45,128 bases of DNA from Octopus sinensis (taxonomy: Eukaryota), in assembly GCF_006345805.1 (NCBI RefSeq), contig NW_021834833.1:1-45128 (forward strand), written 5' to 3'. Position numbers and translations under genes: made by a program. Every line of letters starts with the position of its first letter. Within the stretch, counting starts at the first letter, position 1. The notes under the pieces were generated by a model. That model was not told where the DNA came from. It did not search any database and saw only the letters and a program-made list of their open reading frames with translations. Positions 25,390 to 37,086 of the stretch are shown here, piece by piece.

Positions 25390-25775
25390 GTGTCAGTGTG
25401 TGTATATATATATATATATGTTTGAGTGTGTATAGATCTATGTATATGCATGTGTGTGTATATAGATCTATGTATATGCATATGTGTGTGTATATAGATC
25501 TATGTGTATGCATGTGTGTATATGTGTATGTATGCATGTGTGTGTATATATGTATGTGTATGCATGTGTGTGTATATATATATATACACATGATTATTTT
25601 TGTAACGTGTGTGTGTGTGTGTAGATCTATGTGTATGCATGTGTGTGTATATATGTATGTGTATGCATGTATGTGTATATATATATATATATACACATGA
25701 TTATTTTTGTAACGTGTGCGTGTGTATGTATGTATGTATACAAAAATTCATGTGTGTGTGTATGCATGCATGCAT
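25330..25775. repeat. (TA)n plus compound TG/TA microsatellite
   Basis: Directly visible. Confidence 0.95.
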
Positions 25776-26399
25776 ACTTAATTAATTAATCAAGTTGTTT
25801 TTTCACACCGGTGCGAATTGCAATTAAGTAAAAAGTGTTAAGTTATGTCATTTATTCAAATCAGAGCCTGCAAGCGAGTTGCTTGTCGTTTCCTTCCTTC
25901 TCTGGTCATGCGTAGAACCACCCTTGGGATGTCGAAAGCATCAATTCTCACCGTCGTGGCAATTCCTGAATCCACATATTTTCATATTTAAAAAGGTTGC
26001 TAGGGAAAGAAAGACGGAAATGAAGAAAGGGACACGTCCTTCGTAAGATCCACTTTTAAAATCACCTTACCACCATCTTCAATAAAATGGGCCATTACTT
26101 GGTCGTTTGCACTATTAGAAATAGTACCTAAATCTTCCGTACCTCCTTATTTCAGGTAAAGACATTTTACAGAATGTAGTCTCCTTCGTACCACGGGTGG
26201 AGTTGGGGAGAAAATGCTGGTCACGCTGTGAATATCTCTGATGATGATGGTGGTGATAGTGATGGTGATATGGCTGCTCGAAAAGACTTGACCTGTGGCT
26301 AAACAACAAGAAATGAAGTATTACCACTGAAGCGACCAGGATCCGATTAAATCGATCGGAACCTGTCACCAGAATTTTCCGCCTTGCCTTTGCAATCAC

Positions 26400-26700
26400 C
26401 CTCTACTCGGGGAATATCACATCCTGCGTATCTACTCTATTTAGCTGTTGCGTGTGATAGTGGCACTTACTGTTTGTTACATAGTAGCAGGGCTACTATA
26501 TACTTGTCTACTATAATAGCCTTTCTTCCTTCTACTGTAGTAGCAGGGCTACCCCCCCTCGTGTTGAGGTGGCAACTCCCAGCATGCTGCTGTTCTTTCT
26601 CTCTGTTTTTGTTATTTTGTTCGTTTCACAAGCTGGTCAGTCGTGCACATGCGCGTACCAGGGAGCTTTTTCGCGGATGCCTCTCTCTATCTCTTTCTCT
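26400..26700 (+). promoter_or_regulatory. Candidate promoter and non-coding first exon for isoform 1b
   Basis: Unique, relatively CpG-containing sequence with two GTAGC-AGG-GCTAC palindromes, gtgcacatgcgcg, a candidate donor CTG|GTCAGT (~26634), and a candidate acceptor ttatttag|aaatttcgaccATG before 27188. Confidence 0.45.
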
Positions 26701-27187
26701 CTCCCTCCTTTTGCCTTTAATTAATATTATTATATATACATGCACACACACGCTCACACCTCTATATATATCTATATATATAGCGTCAATTAATTTGTCT
26801 TGGAGCAGATAGTTGATTAGAGAAATATTCTTGCAAACTGAGGTGTCATTTGGCCGTTTACTGGTGTTGTTTTTCCCCCCACCCCCAAACAGAATTAATT
26901 GCCTTTTATGAACACAAAAAAAAAAAAATAAATAAAATAGCGAAATTGATTAAGAAAGCAATAAGAAAACAAAAAACAAAAATGTATTAAGTAATCAATA
27001 GCATCAAATAAATCGATTAGGAACGAAAAAAATAGTGCATTTATATATAGTTATATATATATATATTTAAAGATATTTAAAAAAATATTTTTATGTTTAT
27101 ATATATATATAACGATATCTATCTGTCTGTGTGTGTATATATATATATATATTTATTTAAAAAGGAAGTTATTTAGAAATTTCGACC

Positions 27188-27417
27188 ATGACTCAACGCG
27201 GAGTGAATTGGTCGGATAACGAAACGTTGAATCTTATAGACATATGGGGTAACGAAGAGATCCAGACGGATTTGGAGAATAGCATTAGGAATTGGCATGT
27301 ATACGAATACATCCGACTGAAGCTGTCCGAGAGAGGCATCCAGAGATCCGTGGTCCAAGTGAAAGAGCGCATGAAGACACTCAAGAAGATTTACAAAAGA
27401 GGTTACGATTATAACAG
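27188..27417 (+). CDS. Trihelix Myb/SANT-like transcription factor, coding exon 1b (DNA-binding domain)
   Basis: MTQRGVNWSDNETLNLIDIWGNEEIQTDLENSIRNWHVYEYIRLKLSERGIQRSVVQVKERMKTLKKIYKRGYDYN, then AG|GTATGC donor (phase 2). Confidence 0.9.
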
Positions 27418-28439
27418 GTATGCATGTAGCTATTTCAGATCCAATACAACCACGAACACCTCCACTCCACTCTTGCTGCTATTACGATTTTAATTACTCG
27501 CTAATTAGACTGTGGTAGCGGTGATGATTGCTGATGTTTATTATATAATCGAATATGTTTTCCTTTTTTAACCAGTTTAAAAATTATCTTTTTTTTTCTA
27601 AATATTTAAACCTAATATTTTTTTTGTGATGTTCTAAATATTGGGTCGGAACAATTTTTCATTACACACCGCCTTTTATTAACAACACCGTATTTTAAGA
27701 ACGAAGGTACTTAATTATGTTTAATTATAATTTTCAAAGAAGGTCGACTTTGCCTTTGTTTCTTTCGGGGTGGATAAGATAATACCTGTTCAGCATTGGG
27801 GTCGATGTAATCGATTAATCACCTTCGCCCCAAATTGCAGGTCTTGTGTGCCAACATTTGAAACCACAAACACACACACACACACACACAATGCCAATAT
27901 TTCTTTATAAATCTCGTAACTGTCAAAATTTGGCAATCTTTCGTCTCTAGTAGACCTTTCCGTCGATTTCCGTAAAAAAATTTTTTTTTTTACATATGGG
28001 CTTGCGGAAATCGACGGAAAGGTCTACTAGAGACGAAAGATCGCCCAAAATTTTGCCATCTGATTTACTGGATGTTCTCGGCAGTTTACTGATAAATTTA
28101 TTTATTCACTTTGTTTTTCATGTGCTGGTGATTGCCAAACACACACGCATTTGTTTTGGCTCAGTGGCCTCCATCCCGGGTCGAGTGGAGCGATGATCAA
28201 AGGCGTTCCAACCGTGAATATTCCACCCCTTTATAGAGATATATGCATAAACTATGCCACTGTGTTGTCCAATGTGTCCTTTATCTTTTGGTCAAGCAGT
28301 CCAAGCAGAATCTTGGCCTATGTTATCCCCGATCAATTTGTGATAAATGTAATATGGTTCATAATTAGCACACCGTGTTATTCTGAATCAGTGATAAATG
28401 AATCAGTGCCAAACGAGTTTATTAGAAGCAATTATTATT

Positions 28440-29060
28440 ATTAAGGATGACAGGCAAAGTTGAATTCCACCAGGGTCGACTTTGCTTTTAACCCTTTCTG
28501 GTGAACAAAATAAGTACTAGTTGCATACAGGGGTCAATCTAATGGACTAGCCCCAACCCCTAAAATTTCAGGCTTTGTACCTAGAGTAGAAAGGATTATT
28601 ATTATTATTTTGAGGACAGTGGAGGCTGTGATTTGGCAGAATCGTTCGCATGCCAGACAAAATGCTTGGTAGCATTTCACCTGTCTTTACATTCTGAGTT
28701 CAAATTCTGCTGAGGTCGACTTTGCCTTTCATCCTTTCAGGCATTGGTAAAATAAAGTACCTGTCAAGTATTGGGAATGATGTAATTGACTTTCCCCTCC
28801 CCTCAAAAACTACTGGCCCTGTGCCAAAATTTTAAACCATTATTATAAAGGTAGTGACCTGCAGAATTGTTAAAATATTGGAGAAGAAGAAGTCTCCTAC
28901 AGCATTTGTTACTGGTCATCACATTCTGAATTCAAATCTTGTCAAGGTTAACTTTGCCTTTCCTCTTTTGGGGTTTGATAAAATAAAGTACATGGGGAGT
29001 GTTGGGTTGATGTAATTAACTCTCCCCTCTTCCCTAAATCTGAAGCCCTGCAAATTTATT
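28440..29060 (+). mobile_element. Cluster of diverged family B SINEs
   Basis: About three tttgc(c)ttt…aaaataa(a)gtac units in the same orientation. Confidence 0.7.
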
Positions 29061-29136
29061 GCCTTGTGTCTATGGAAAAAAACCCCTTTTACTTTTAGGT
29101 TGGTGAAAGAACAAATGGTTCTTTGGTCTTGATATA

Positions 29137-29258
29137 CAGAGACGGGCAAAAATAGGTATACAGTTGCTCAAGAATCATGGAATTCTTATCCTAAAAAAGG
29201 GAAATGAAAAGAATATTCCACTCATAAGCAACTGTATGCCTACTTTTGCCCATCCTTG
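29137..29258. mobile_element. Small Tc1/mariner-type MITE
   Basis: Imperfect TIRs (ta)cagagacgggcaaaaataggtatacagttgct and agcaactgtatgcctacttttgcccatccttg. Confidence 0.7.
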
Positions 29259-29669
29259 AATTTAATCAAGATATAGGTCGTCATCAACTTACAACCACAT
29301 TTGGTTCCGACTGACTGGTCATAAGTCGGCCTATAGCTTTGTTTTATATTTTTACATTCTTAAGGTACATTCTCAGGTAAAAGCCACACACAATAGTCTG
29401 TATTATAACTACAACAGTGTTATTTGTTCATAGAAAAGTGCCAAAGAATACAAATACAAGAAATACACAATGTAGTGTAAGAAACAGTTGCAAAACTTGC
29501 ATAAAAATTTATTGTAGATTGGAGCTTGGTTGATGTTGCTTGTTAGCTGACGTCATCCATAGATGGGTTAATTTCTAAGAAATTAAACCCATTAGATTTC
29601 ACATGGAGCATTTATTATTGGTGTCGGGAGCTGGCACGCCAATTGTTATTAAGTCGGAAAGTTTGTAAG

Positions 29670-30015
29670 TTGACGACGACCTGTGTTTTCCCTCATTATT
29701 GATAACATAATCCCATCTTTTTGACAAATTGTTGACCCCTCAGGTGTAAAATTTTTCAGGTTTTGAAACTTCTTCACAGTTGATAAACAGCTTTCCCTTT
29801 AAATAATGTTGCAATGATCTGAAAAGATAACAGTCAGATGGAGCAAGGTTAGGAGAGTAAGGGAGATGAGGCAAAACTTCCATATTTAGTACTCTGATCT
29901 TCTCCTGAGTGACTTGAGCAATTTGTGGTCTTGCATTATCATGTAAGAACATCACCCTTTTATGATTGACCAATGACAAGTGCTTTTTCTCTGAATTTTG
30001 GCAAAATACTTCCAA
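29670..30015 (-). mobile_element. mariner transposase C-terminal fragment
   Basis: FLHDNARPQIAQVTQEKI…LPHLPYSPNLAPSDCYLFRSLQHYL, then a NNLSKRWDYVINNE-like end. Confidence 0.85.
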
Positions 30016-30605
30016 CTGAAAGCATACGGCTCAGTGGTTAGAGTGCTGGGCTCACAATCATGAGGTAGTGAGTTTGATTCCTGGACCAGGCTGTGTGTTG
30101 TGATCTTGAGCAAGACACTTTATTTCACATTGCTCCAGTTCACTCATCTGTAGAAATTAGTTATGACATCACTCGTGTCAAACTGTATTGGTCTTTGCCT
30201 GTCCCTTGGATAATATTGGTGGCATGGAGAGGGGAGACTGGTATGCATGGGTGACTGCTGGTCTTCCATAAACAAACTTGTGCCTCGGTGGGGAAATTTC
30301 TAGGTGCAATCCCATGGCCATTTGGGACTGAAGGGGATCTTTACCCATTACTCTGTGTACATATAATGGCGTGGAGAGAGGAGGCTGGTAAGCATGGGTG
30401 ACGGCTGGTCTTCCATAAACAACCTTACCCAGACATGTGCCTCAGAAGGGAACTTTCTAGGTGCAATCCCATGGTCATGGAACTGAACCCAGAGCCATGT
30501 GGTTGGGAAGCAAGCTTCTTAACACAGCCACACTTGCATCTATGTTAATTAATTTTTTAAAACTATTTTAAAGCTTAAAATTTTCTTTTCCGTTTTATTT
30601 TTCAG

Positions 30606-30769
30606 TAAAAGTGGTCGGAAAACGTGTCGCTTCTTTGATAAGCTGGATGAAGTTTTGGGCAATCGTCCCCCGTCTATACCTATGATGTTACTAGATAACC
30701 CCATGTCTACTGAGGTTAAAATTGAGCAGTATTCAGCAGACGAACATCTCCTTAATGACAATGACAATG
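30606..30769 (+). CDS. Trihelix TF exon 2 (end of DNA-binding domain)
   Basis: ttttcag|T AAA AGT…: (S)KSGRKTCRFFDKLDEVLGNRPPSIPMMLLDNPMSTEVKIEQYSADEHLLNDNDN G|GTAAAT. 164 nt, phase 2 to phase 1. CRFFDKLDEVLG is the usual post-helix-3 motif of this family. Confidence 0.9.
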
Positions 30770-31689
30770 GTAAATTTACTTCTTTTGTTTGTCTTTTATT
30801 TTTTTTTATTGCTTCTTGTTGTAGTCTAGTCCAGCTGTGATCTGAACATGACCTCTACTCCTAAACAACGAATGACGACTATGATTATGGCATCCACATT
30901 ATCTGATGTGCCTACTTTCCCATTGGAGCATTTGTCAAATTTACATCCTGCCTTCTTGGGCCACAGGCAGAAGGATTACTTTGCCTGCTGGAGTTTTAAG
31001 ACTGTCTATTGGATATGGTCAGCATCTGTAAGGGATGTAGTGAATTTGTTGGGTAGAACTGGCTCAATCCACCCCTGTTGAATGCCACCACAAGTACAAA
31101 TAAGTACAAAAGCAAGATCCTGTAAACTTGAGATCAAAAACAATTCCAGCTGTTTTTCAAGATGGGGAGTTTTTATTTAGTGAAGTTACATGGCATAGTG
31201 GTCAGGGTGTTGTACTCAACTCATGATTGCAAGGTGGTGGTTTCAGTTCCCAGAATGGGTTACACGCTGTGTTCTGATTTCAGGTAAGTACACTGCCATC
31301 AATTCACAGCAGGGAAAGTTCATCGTGAGGAAACATTAATGAGAAAATATATCCATAGAATCTCATTATAAATAGTTAAAAATTATTTTATTGGAAAAAA
31401 ATAAAATGGTGAATTGATGACATTGAACTTACCCTTTGGTTGATTGATGATGGTGAACTTCCACTGTGGTGAACTTGCCAGATATGTGTTCTTGAGCAAA
31501 ACCTCATTTCACATTGCTCCAGTCCACTCAGCTGTAAATGAGAACAACCCTGTAATAGACTGGCTTCCCATTTAGGGGCAGTGTTGGGATTTTGGTCACT
31601 TATGTGCCATGGAAACTGGGTAACAGGCCATATCAATCCCAGAGTTCAAGAAAGCTTTAAGAAAATTCTGATTCAGCAGCCTTTTCTCT

Positions 31690-32030
31690 CTCTTGATCAT
31701 AGGTTTGCTCAGTCAAGGCTGACCTGGGGCTAAACAACAGCATCAGGTCAAGGGAGAATACTTTCAGTAATATAGGCCTAGATACACTATGTCTGAAAAA
31801 ATAAAGTGATCGGATGGTTGCAGCTGAAACACTTTTGATCATAGGTCTGCTAGATCAAAACTGACCTGGAGCTAAACAACATCAGATCAAGAGAGAACAC
31901 ATTAAGTAATATAGTCCTAGATAAACTGTCTGAAAAAATGTAGAGATGGGGTGATATTAGCTGGAACACCTTTGATCATAAGTCTGCTTGGTGAAGGCTG
32001 ACCTGTGGCTAAACAACAGCTCAACAACAG
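31690..32030. repeat. Three tandem ~140-bp diverged units in intron 2
   Basis: ttgatcata(g/a)gt…ctgacctg(g/t)(g/a)gctaaacaac at 31693, 31835 and 31972. The same tail also appears at ~26290. Confidence 0.8.
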
Positions 32031-32147
32031 CCACCTTATTTTGTAAGTAGTTCCTTTTGTTTAATGTCATTAAATTGTGTCGTTATTAATTAATGAATTC
32101 ATTTGTTAACGAATGAATGAATTAATTATTAATTAATAAATTTTTAG

Positions 32148-32294
32148 TGCCAGAAGTGAAGTGTATTTCTGATGCAGATGCTGAGGATTTGGCCATGAGT
32201 TGCATTGCTATTGAGGAAACCTCCCCCAGTAGTCGATCCCCTACACCGTTACATACCAACCAGTTGCAGACATCACCTATCGGACAGTTGTCAG
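32148..32294 (+). CDS. Trihelix TF exon 3 (acidic, Ser/Thr/Pro linker)
   Basis: tttttag|TG CCA…: VPEVKCISDADAEDLAMSCIAIEETSPSSRSPTPLHTNQLQTSPIGQLS G|GTAAAT. 147 nt, phase 1-1, open in the required frame. Confidence 0.85.
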
Positions 32295-32459
32295 GTAAAT
32301 TCATCAAATGATTCTTACTTCTATAGATATATGCTTACAGTTTACAACCATCATCATCATCATCATCATTATTTAACATCTGCTCTCCATGCTGGCATGG
32401 GTTAGATGGTTTGACGTGGTGCTGGCTAGCAGGGCGCTGTCCAAACTCCAGCTGTCACC

Positions 32460-32700
32460 TGATCCCTAACATCTGGTGAGCTAACTCCCCAGACTCCAAC
32501 CCCCTTGATTATCACGGGTGAGGTACAGTTGCACGAGAAACCAACAAAGCTCCCTTGTAGCTGCAAAGATGAACTGAAAGCAAGGATTTTGGCTGCACTC
32601 ACCAACTTAGGAGACCATTCAGAAGAGCTGCAGAAGATTCCAAAGTCATCTGGAGGCCGTGGTTGAAACCAATGGCAATTTTATTGAGTAAATTTACTCT
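32460..32700 (+). mobile_element. maT/Tc1-like transposase C-terminal fragment
   Basis: NSPDSNPLDY…ARETNKAPCSCKDELKARILAALT…HLEAVVETNGNFIE* (frameshifted). Confidence 0.7.
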
Positions 32701-32747
32701 TTAGTATTTCAAGATATTTTTATGTAATTTTGATAAATATAGGCGCA

Positions 32748-32877
32748 ACCAACCACATGGTTCCGGGTTCAGTCCCACTGCGTGGCATCTTGGGCAAGTT
32801 TCTTCTGCTATAGCCCCAGGCCGACCAATGCCTTGTGAGTGGATTTGGTAGACGGAAACTGAAAGAAGCCTGTCGTA

Positions 32878-32928
<51 letters not shown>

Positions 32929-33145
32929 GTGTGTATATGTTTGTGTGTCTGTGTTTGTCCCCCTAGCATTGCTTGACAACCGATGCTGGTGTGTTTACGT
33001 CCCCGTGACTTAGCGGTTCGGCAAAAAGAGACCGATAGAATAAGTACTAGGCTTACAAAGAATAAGTCCCGGGGTCGATTTGCTCGACTAGAGGCAGTGC
33101 TCCAGCATGTCCGCAGTCAAATGACTGAAACAAGTAAAAGAGTAA
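32748..33145 (+). mobile_element. Family A SINE
   Basis: ccaaccacatggttccgggttcagtccc … aaacaagtaaaagagta. Confidence 0.85.
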
Positions 33146-33299
33146 TATCTGTCAAAATGAGACGTCAGTGTTATTTTCATTTTTGCGTAATTTAGACGAG
33201 AGTTTATTCATTGTTCCCTCTATATATATGCATATATATGTATATAAGAAATGCAACCAGTTTCAGCTGACATCCTCCTAACCTAACATTGGAATATCC

Positions 33300-33845
33300 A
33301 TATTTTGCTACACTGCTTGAATCTACATAAGTCGACGACCATAATGCTTATGCTTACAATGCTGTTAACACCGGCTCCTACCTCCAGTAAGGGCAACGAT
33401 CTTAACATGCCTGAATGCTTGAATGTTGTCAGGTCGGGAGAGAGAACAGATGAAGCATGCCTAACAAACGGACACCACCACAACAACCCTCTTCTTTTCA
33501 GGCACTGAATAACATCCCTCCTCCCCAAACCTCACCAAACATTCCCTTCCCAGTTTTCAGAGTTGGCACTGTCAATGTTGGCACAATGAAAGGTAGGTCT
33601 AGTGAGATTGTAGGGATGCTTGAAAGGAGATGGGTTGATGTATGCTGCATACAAGAGGTAAGATGGAGAGGAGCTTCAGAATAGCACAGCTACTATTATC
33701 TCCGCCTATGTCACATATGTGGGGCTACCAAATGATCAGAAGGACCACTTTTATGATACCCTTCTACAGGCTACCTCAAAGAAGAGTGGCAATGACCTCA
33801 TCTTTGTGGCTGGAGGCTTTAATGGGTTTGTCGGGCTGGAATCGT
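33300..33845 (+). mobile_element. RTE LINE 5' fragment (APE endonuclease N-terminus, internally deleted)
   Basis: FRVGTVNVGTMKGRSSEIVGMLERRWVDVCCIQEVRWRG, then AYV…DQKDHFYDTLLQ…LIFVAGGFNG. Confidence 0.85.
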
Positions 33846-34498
33846 CCGCCTTCCATGCTGGCAGGGGGTGGATGGTTTGACTGACTGGCAAGCCAAGAGA
33901 CTGCACCAGGCTCCAATCTGATCTGGCAAGGTAGCAGTAACATCACCAAGTACTGCTTGGCACGGATACTGATAAATTTCTCCTGACCTGGCAGTCTAGT
34001 AGCACAACACAGTCAATGTTGTTGACTGTGTTTTAGTTAAAGTTACATCTTTAAATCTGTCCAGAGTTATCTCTCTTCAGTAGTTCTTATTGATAACATC
34101 TAGAGAGCTTAGAAATGCTGTATCTGGAAATCCAACAGGTGGAAAGACTGAGCATATATGGTGTATTTTACACCTTTTACCTCAACAAATTTTTCTCTAT
34201 GGTAATTGCGGTGAATTTGCCTTAAGAAGTTGAAATATCTCACAAATACATTTTAACTAATCTAAATTCGCTTTTATATGTGTGTGCGCGCGCGTGTGTT
34301 ATGGGCTTCCTTTAGTTTTCGCATACCAAATCCTCTTAAAAGGCTTCAGGTGGTCTGGGGCTATAGTAGAAGAGACTTGTGCTGTGGAACTGAACCAAAG
34401 ACCATGTGGTTGGGAAGCAAACCTCTTAACTACCCTCCGACACCTATAAATTTCTAAGTTTTTTTTCTTCTTTTTTTTTTTCCTTTTTTACTCCACAG

Positions 34499-34833
34499 GT
34501 AAACAGAAAAGGAAGCCTACTGCCATGGAGCAGACTCTGTCGCAGATGATCGAGACGTTCATGGACAAACAGCTGGAACTGCAGAACGCTTTCTTCGAGC
34601 AGGAGGAGAAACGCATAAAGCTGGAATCCGAGCTCGAGGACAAACGTCGCCAGGAGGAGCGACAGCACGAAATCCTGATGCTACAGATGATCCTGGGAAA
34701 ATGCACAGACCCACAAATGGCTGAAATAATCACGCCTCCGGCATCAACGTCGACGGCAACATCATCTACATCATCAACATCATCATCATCATCATCTACC
34801 TCTAAAATTCAGACTCCGTGTTCATTTTCATGA
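34499..34833 (+). CDS. Trihelix TF terminal exon 4 (basic patch, coiled coil, Ser/Thr tail)
   Basis: Long polypyrimidine tract then ctccacag|GT AAA…: GKQKRKPTAMEQTLSQMIETFMDKQLELQNAFFEQEEKRIKLESELEDKRRQEERQHEILMLQMILGK…PCSFS*. The spliced CDS totals 876 nt with no internal stop. Confidence 0.9.
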
Positions 34834-35117
34834 CCATAGCTTTATATTTTTACAGCACAAAGAGGGAAAAAAATATTCTTTTGTTCCTCTTTGTTTTTAA
34901 GGAAAATACGTCAAATTATGAACTTGTAGTGTTTATTTTATGTTTTTTTTTTTTTTAAATATTTTTCTTTCCTTTTTCTTTGTCTTTCTCTTTCTTTCTC
35001 TTTTTCGTCTTTTCTCTCTGAAAAACAGTATTTTTTTTTTTTTTTTATAAATGTAATTTCTTTTCTTTCAGAAAGTTTTAATATTTTTTCTTCCTTTTTA
35101 CAAACCTTTATATCATG

Positions 35118-35123
35118 AATAAA
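35118..35123 (+). terminator. Candidate polyadenylation signal for the trihelix gene
   Basis: AATAAA about 285 nt after the stop codon, following a U-rich 3' UTR. Confidence 0.55.
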
Positions 35124-35377
35124 CGTGTATATTCGTTACAACACACACACACACACACGCACATGCATACACACACACACACACAAACATATAGACATGC
35201 TTATATTGTATGTCTGTCTGTATGTATGTATGTATATATATGCACAGCCACACATACATACCTTCATATATATGCATAAATGTATATACATACATTTATA
35301 TATATATACACAAATATATTTACATACATCTACTTCAATATATATATATATGTGTGTGTGTGTATATATATATATAT

Positions 35378-35418
<41 letters not shown>

Positions 35419-35719
35419 GTGTTTCACTTCTCAACAATGAAGTCCAGTGTTCAATCTCACCACATGACATAGTTAGCCTTTAGTCTTGTGAGTGAAAATG
35501 GCTGGACAGAAACCATGCGGAAATCCTGCTGGATGGATTGTAGCTATAATTCGAACATCCATCCTTGTTACATATTGCTTCATGCTGACTTAGCTTGAGG
35601 ATTACGCATGTCTGTGGAATACTCAGCCACTTAACCCTGCAATTCTATCAGTTGATCAACTGCGATACGGGTTAGGTTTCTTCAAGAGAAGATTGAGTTT
35701 TATTCCTTCCATTGTTCTC

Positions 35720-36355
35720 AGCTTGGACCCTTTAGCATTCCAATTACTTTATCAAATGCAATGCTTATTTATTCACATTGTTTTGAATTAATCCTGCATT
35801 ATCTCATAGCTTTGAGATTTCAATGCTGTCCTTGTTTATTTTTAGATTAACATTGTAGGGCAGGTGTGAGAGGAGACGGGTTGATGTATGCTGCATACAA
35901 GAGGTAAGATGGAGAGGAGCTTCAGAATAGCACAGCTACTATTATCTCCGCCTATGCCACAGTTTGAACATAAAACAGGTAGAATATCTGGGCTGGATAT
36001 GTCTGGTTTACCTCTTTGGCATTCAAATCTAATGCTTATTTATTCGCATTATTTTAAATTAACCACGCATTATCTTGTAGCAGCTTCAAGATTTCGATGA
36101 TGTGATTGTTTATTTTTAGAATGACTTTGTAAATTAGGTATGAGAGGCCAGTTTGGACACAAGACAGGTAAAATATTTGGGCAGGATATGGCTGGTTTAA
36201 CCCTTTAGCATTCAGAATACCCTGCCAAATGTGATGCTTATTTATCCACATGGTTTTGAATTTATCCCGTGTTATATCACAGCTTCGAGATTTCAATGAT
36301 GTGATTGTTTATTTTTAGAATGACATTGAAGATCAGGTGTGAGAGGCTGGATATG
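35720..36355 (+). mobile_element. Tandem partial copies of a piggyBac-like MITE family
   Basis: (ttaa)ccctttagcatt starts at ~35728 and 36197, with a shared internal gcattatctc…gagatttc…tttttagaatgac. Related fragments at ~2050-2200(-) and ~12990-13120. Confidence 0.6.
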
Positions 36356-37030
36356 TATATCTGGTGTGATTATATAAAGGGTAGACTGTTGTAAATGGTT
36401 AAATCAGCTGCTACACAAATCTCTTCTCCCTCCTCCTAATAAAAAGTCAAGGTCAGTCCAAATTACTCTTTAAGGAGCAAAGGGCTACTTTCCTGAAAAG
36501 GGTCATTGCCCCATTGCAAGATTACTCACGATTACCAGTTGAGTGGATTGAGCAATGTGAAATGAAGTGGTTTGCTCATGAACACATCGCATTGCCTGGT
36601 CCAGGATTCGAAACCACAACCTTTCAATCCACTAAGCCCCACACCTCCCTATATTAATCGTAGTTATTATCACTGTTTGTTATTATTTTTGGCAAAAAAC
36701 TTATTCATTTTTGTTAAATTAATTGATCTCCTTTAAAAACTTTATACGTATATATACATATGTATGTGTTTACACACACACTGATTAGAATAAGATGAAA
36801 ACAAAACAATTTCTAATCTTCAGAAAAATAAAAAAAATCTGCTTGCTCTCTCTCTCTCTTCCTCTTTGTACGCATGCACACGCAGAAACACACATATGTA
36901 AACTATCTATACATATACATGCATTCTTATATTTGAATATTATGGGCTTGGGAATTACACACATCTATCTATTTGTATGTATAACTATATGTGTATATAT
37001 CTGTGTGTGTGTATGTACACAAACATGTAT

Positions 37031-37086
<56 letters not shown>

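Noticed and set aside
8832-34833. PIF/Harbinger transposon (these encode Myb/SANT-like proteins)
   Set aside because: No Harbinger DDE transposase, TIRs or TAA/TTA TSD were found. A multi-intron gene spread over 7-26 kb fits a host or domesticated gene.
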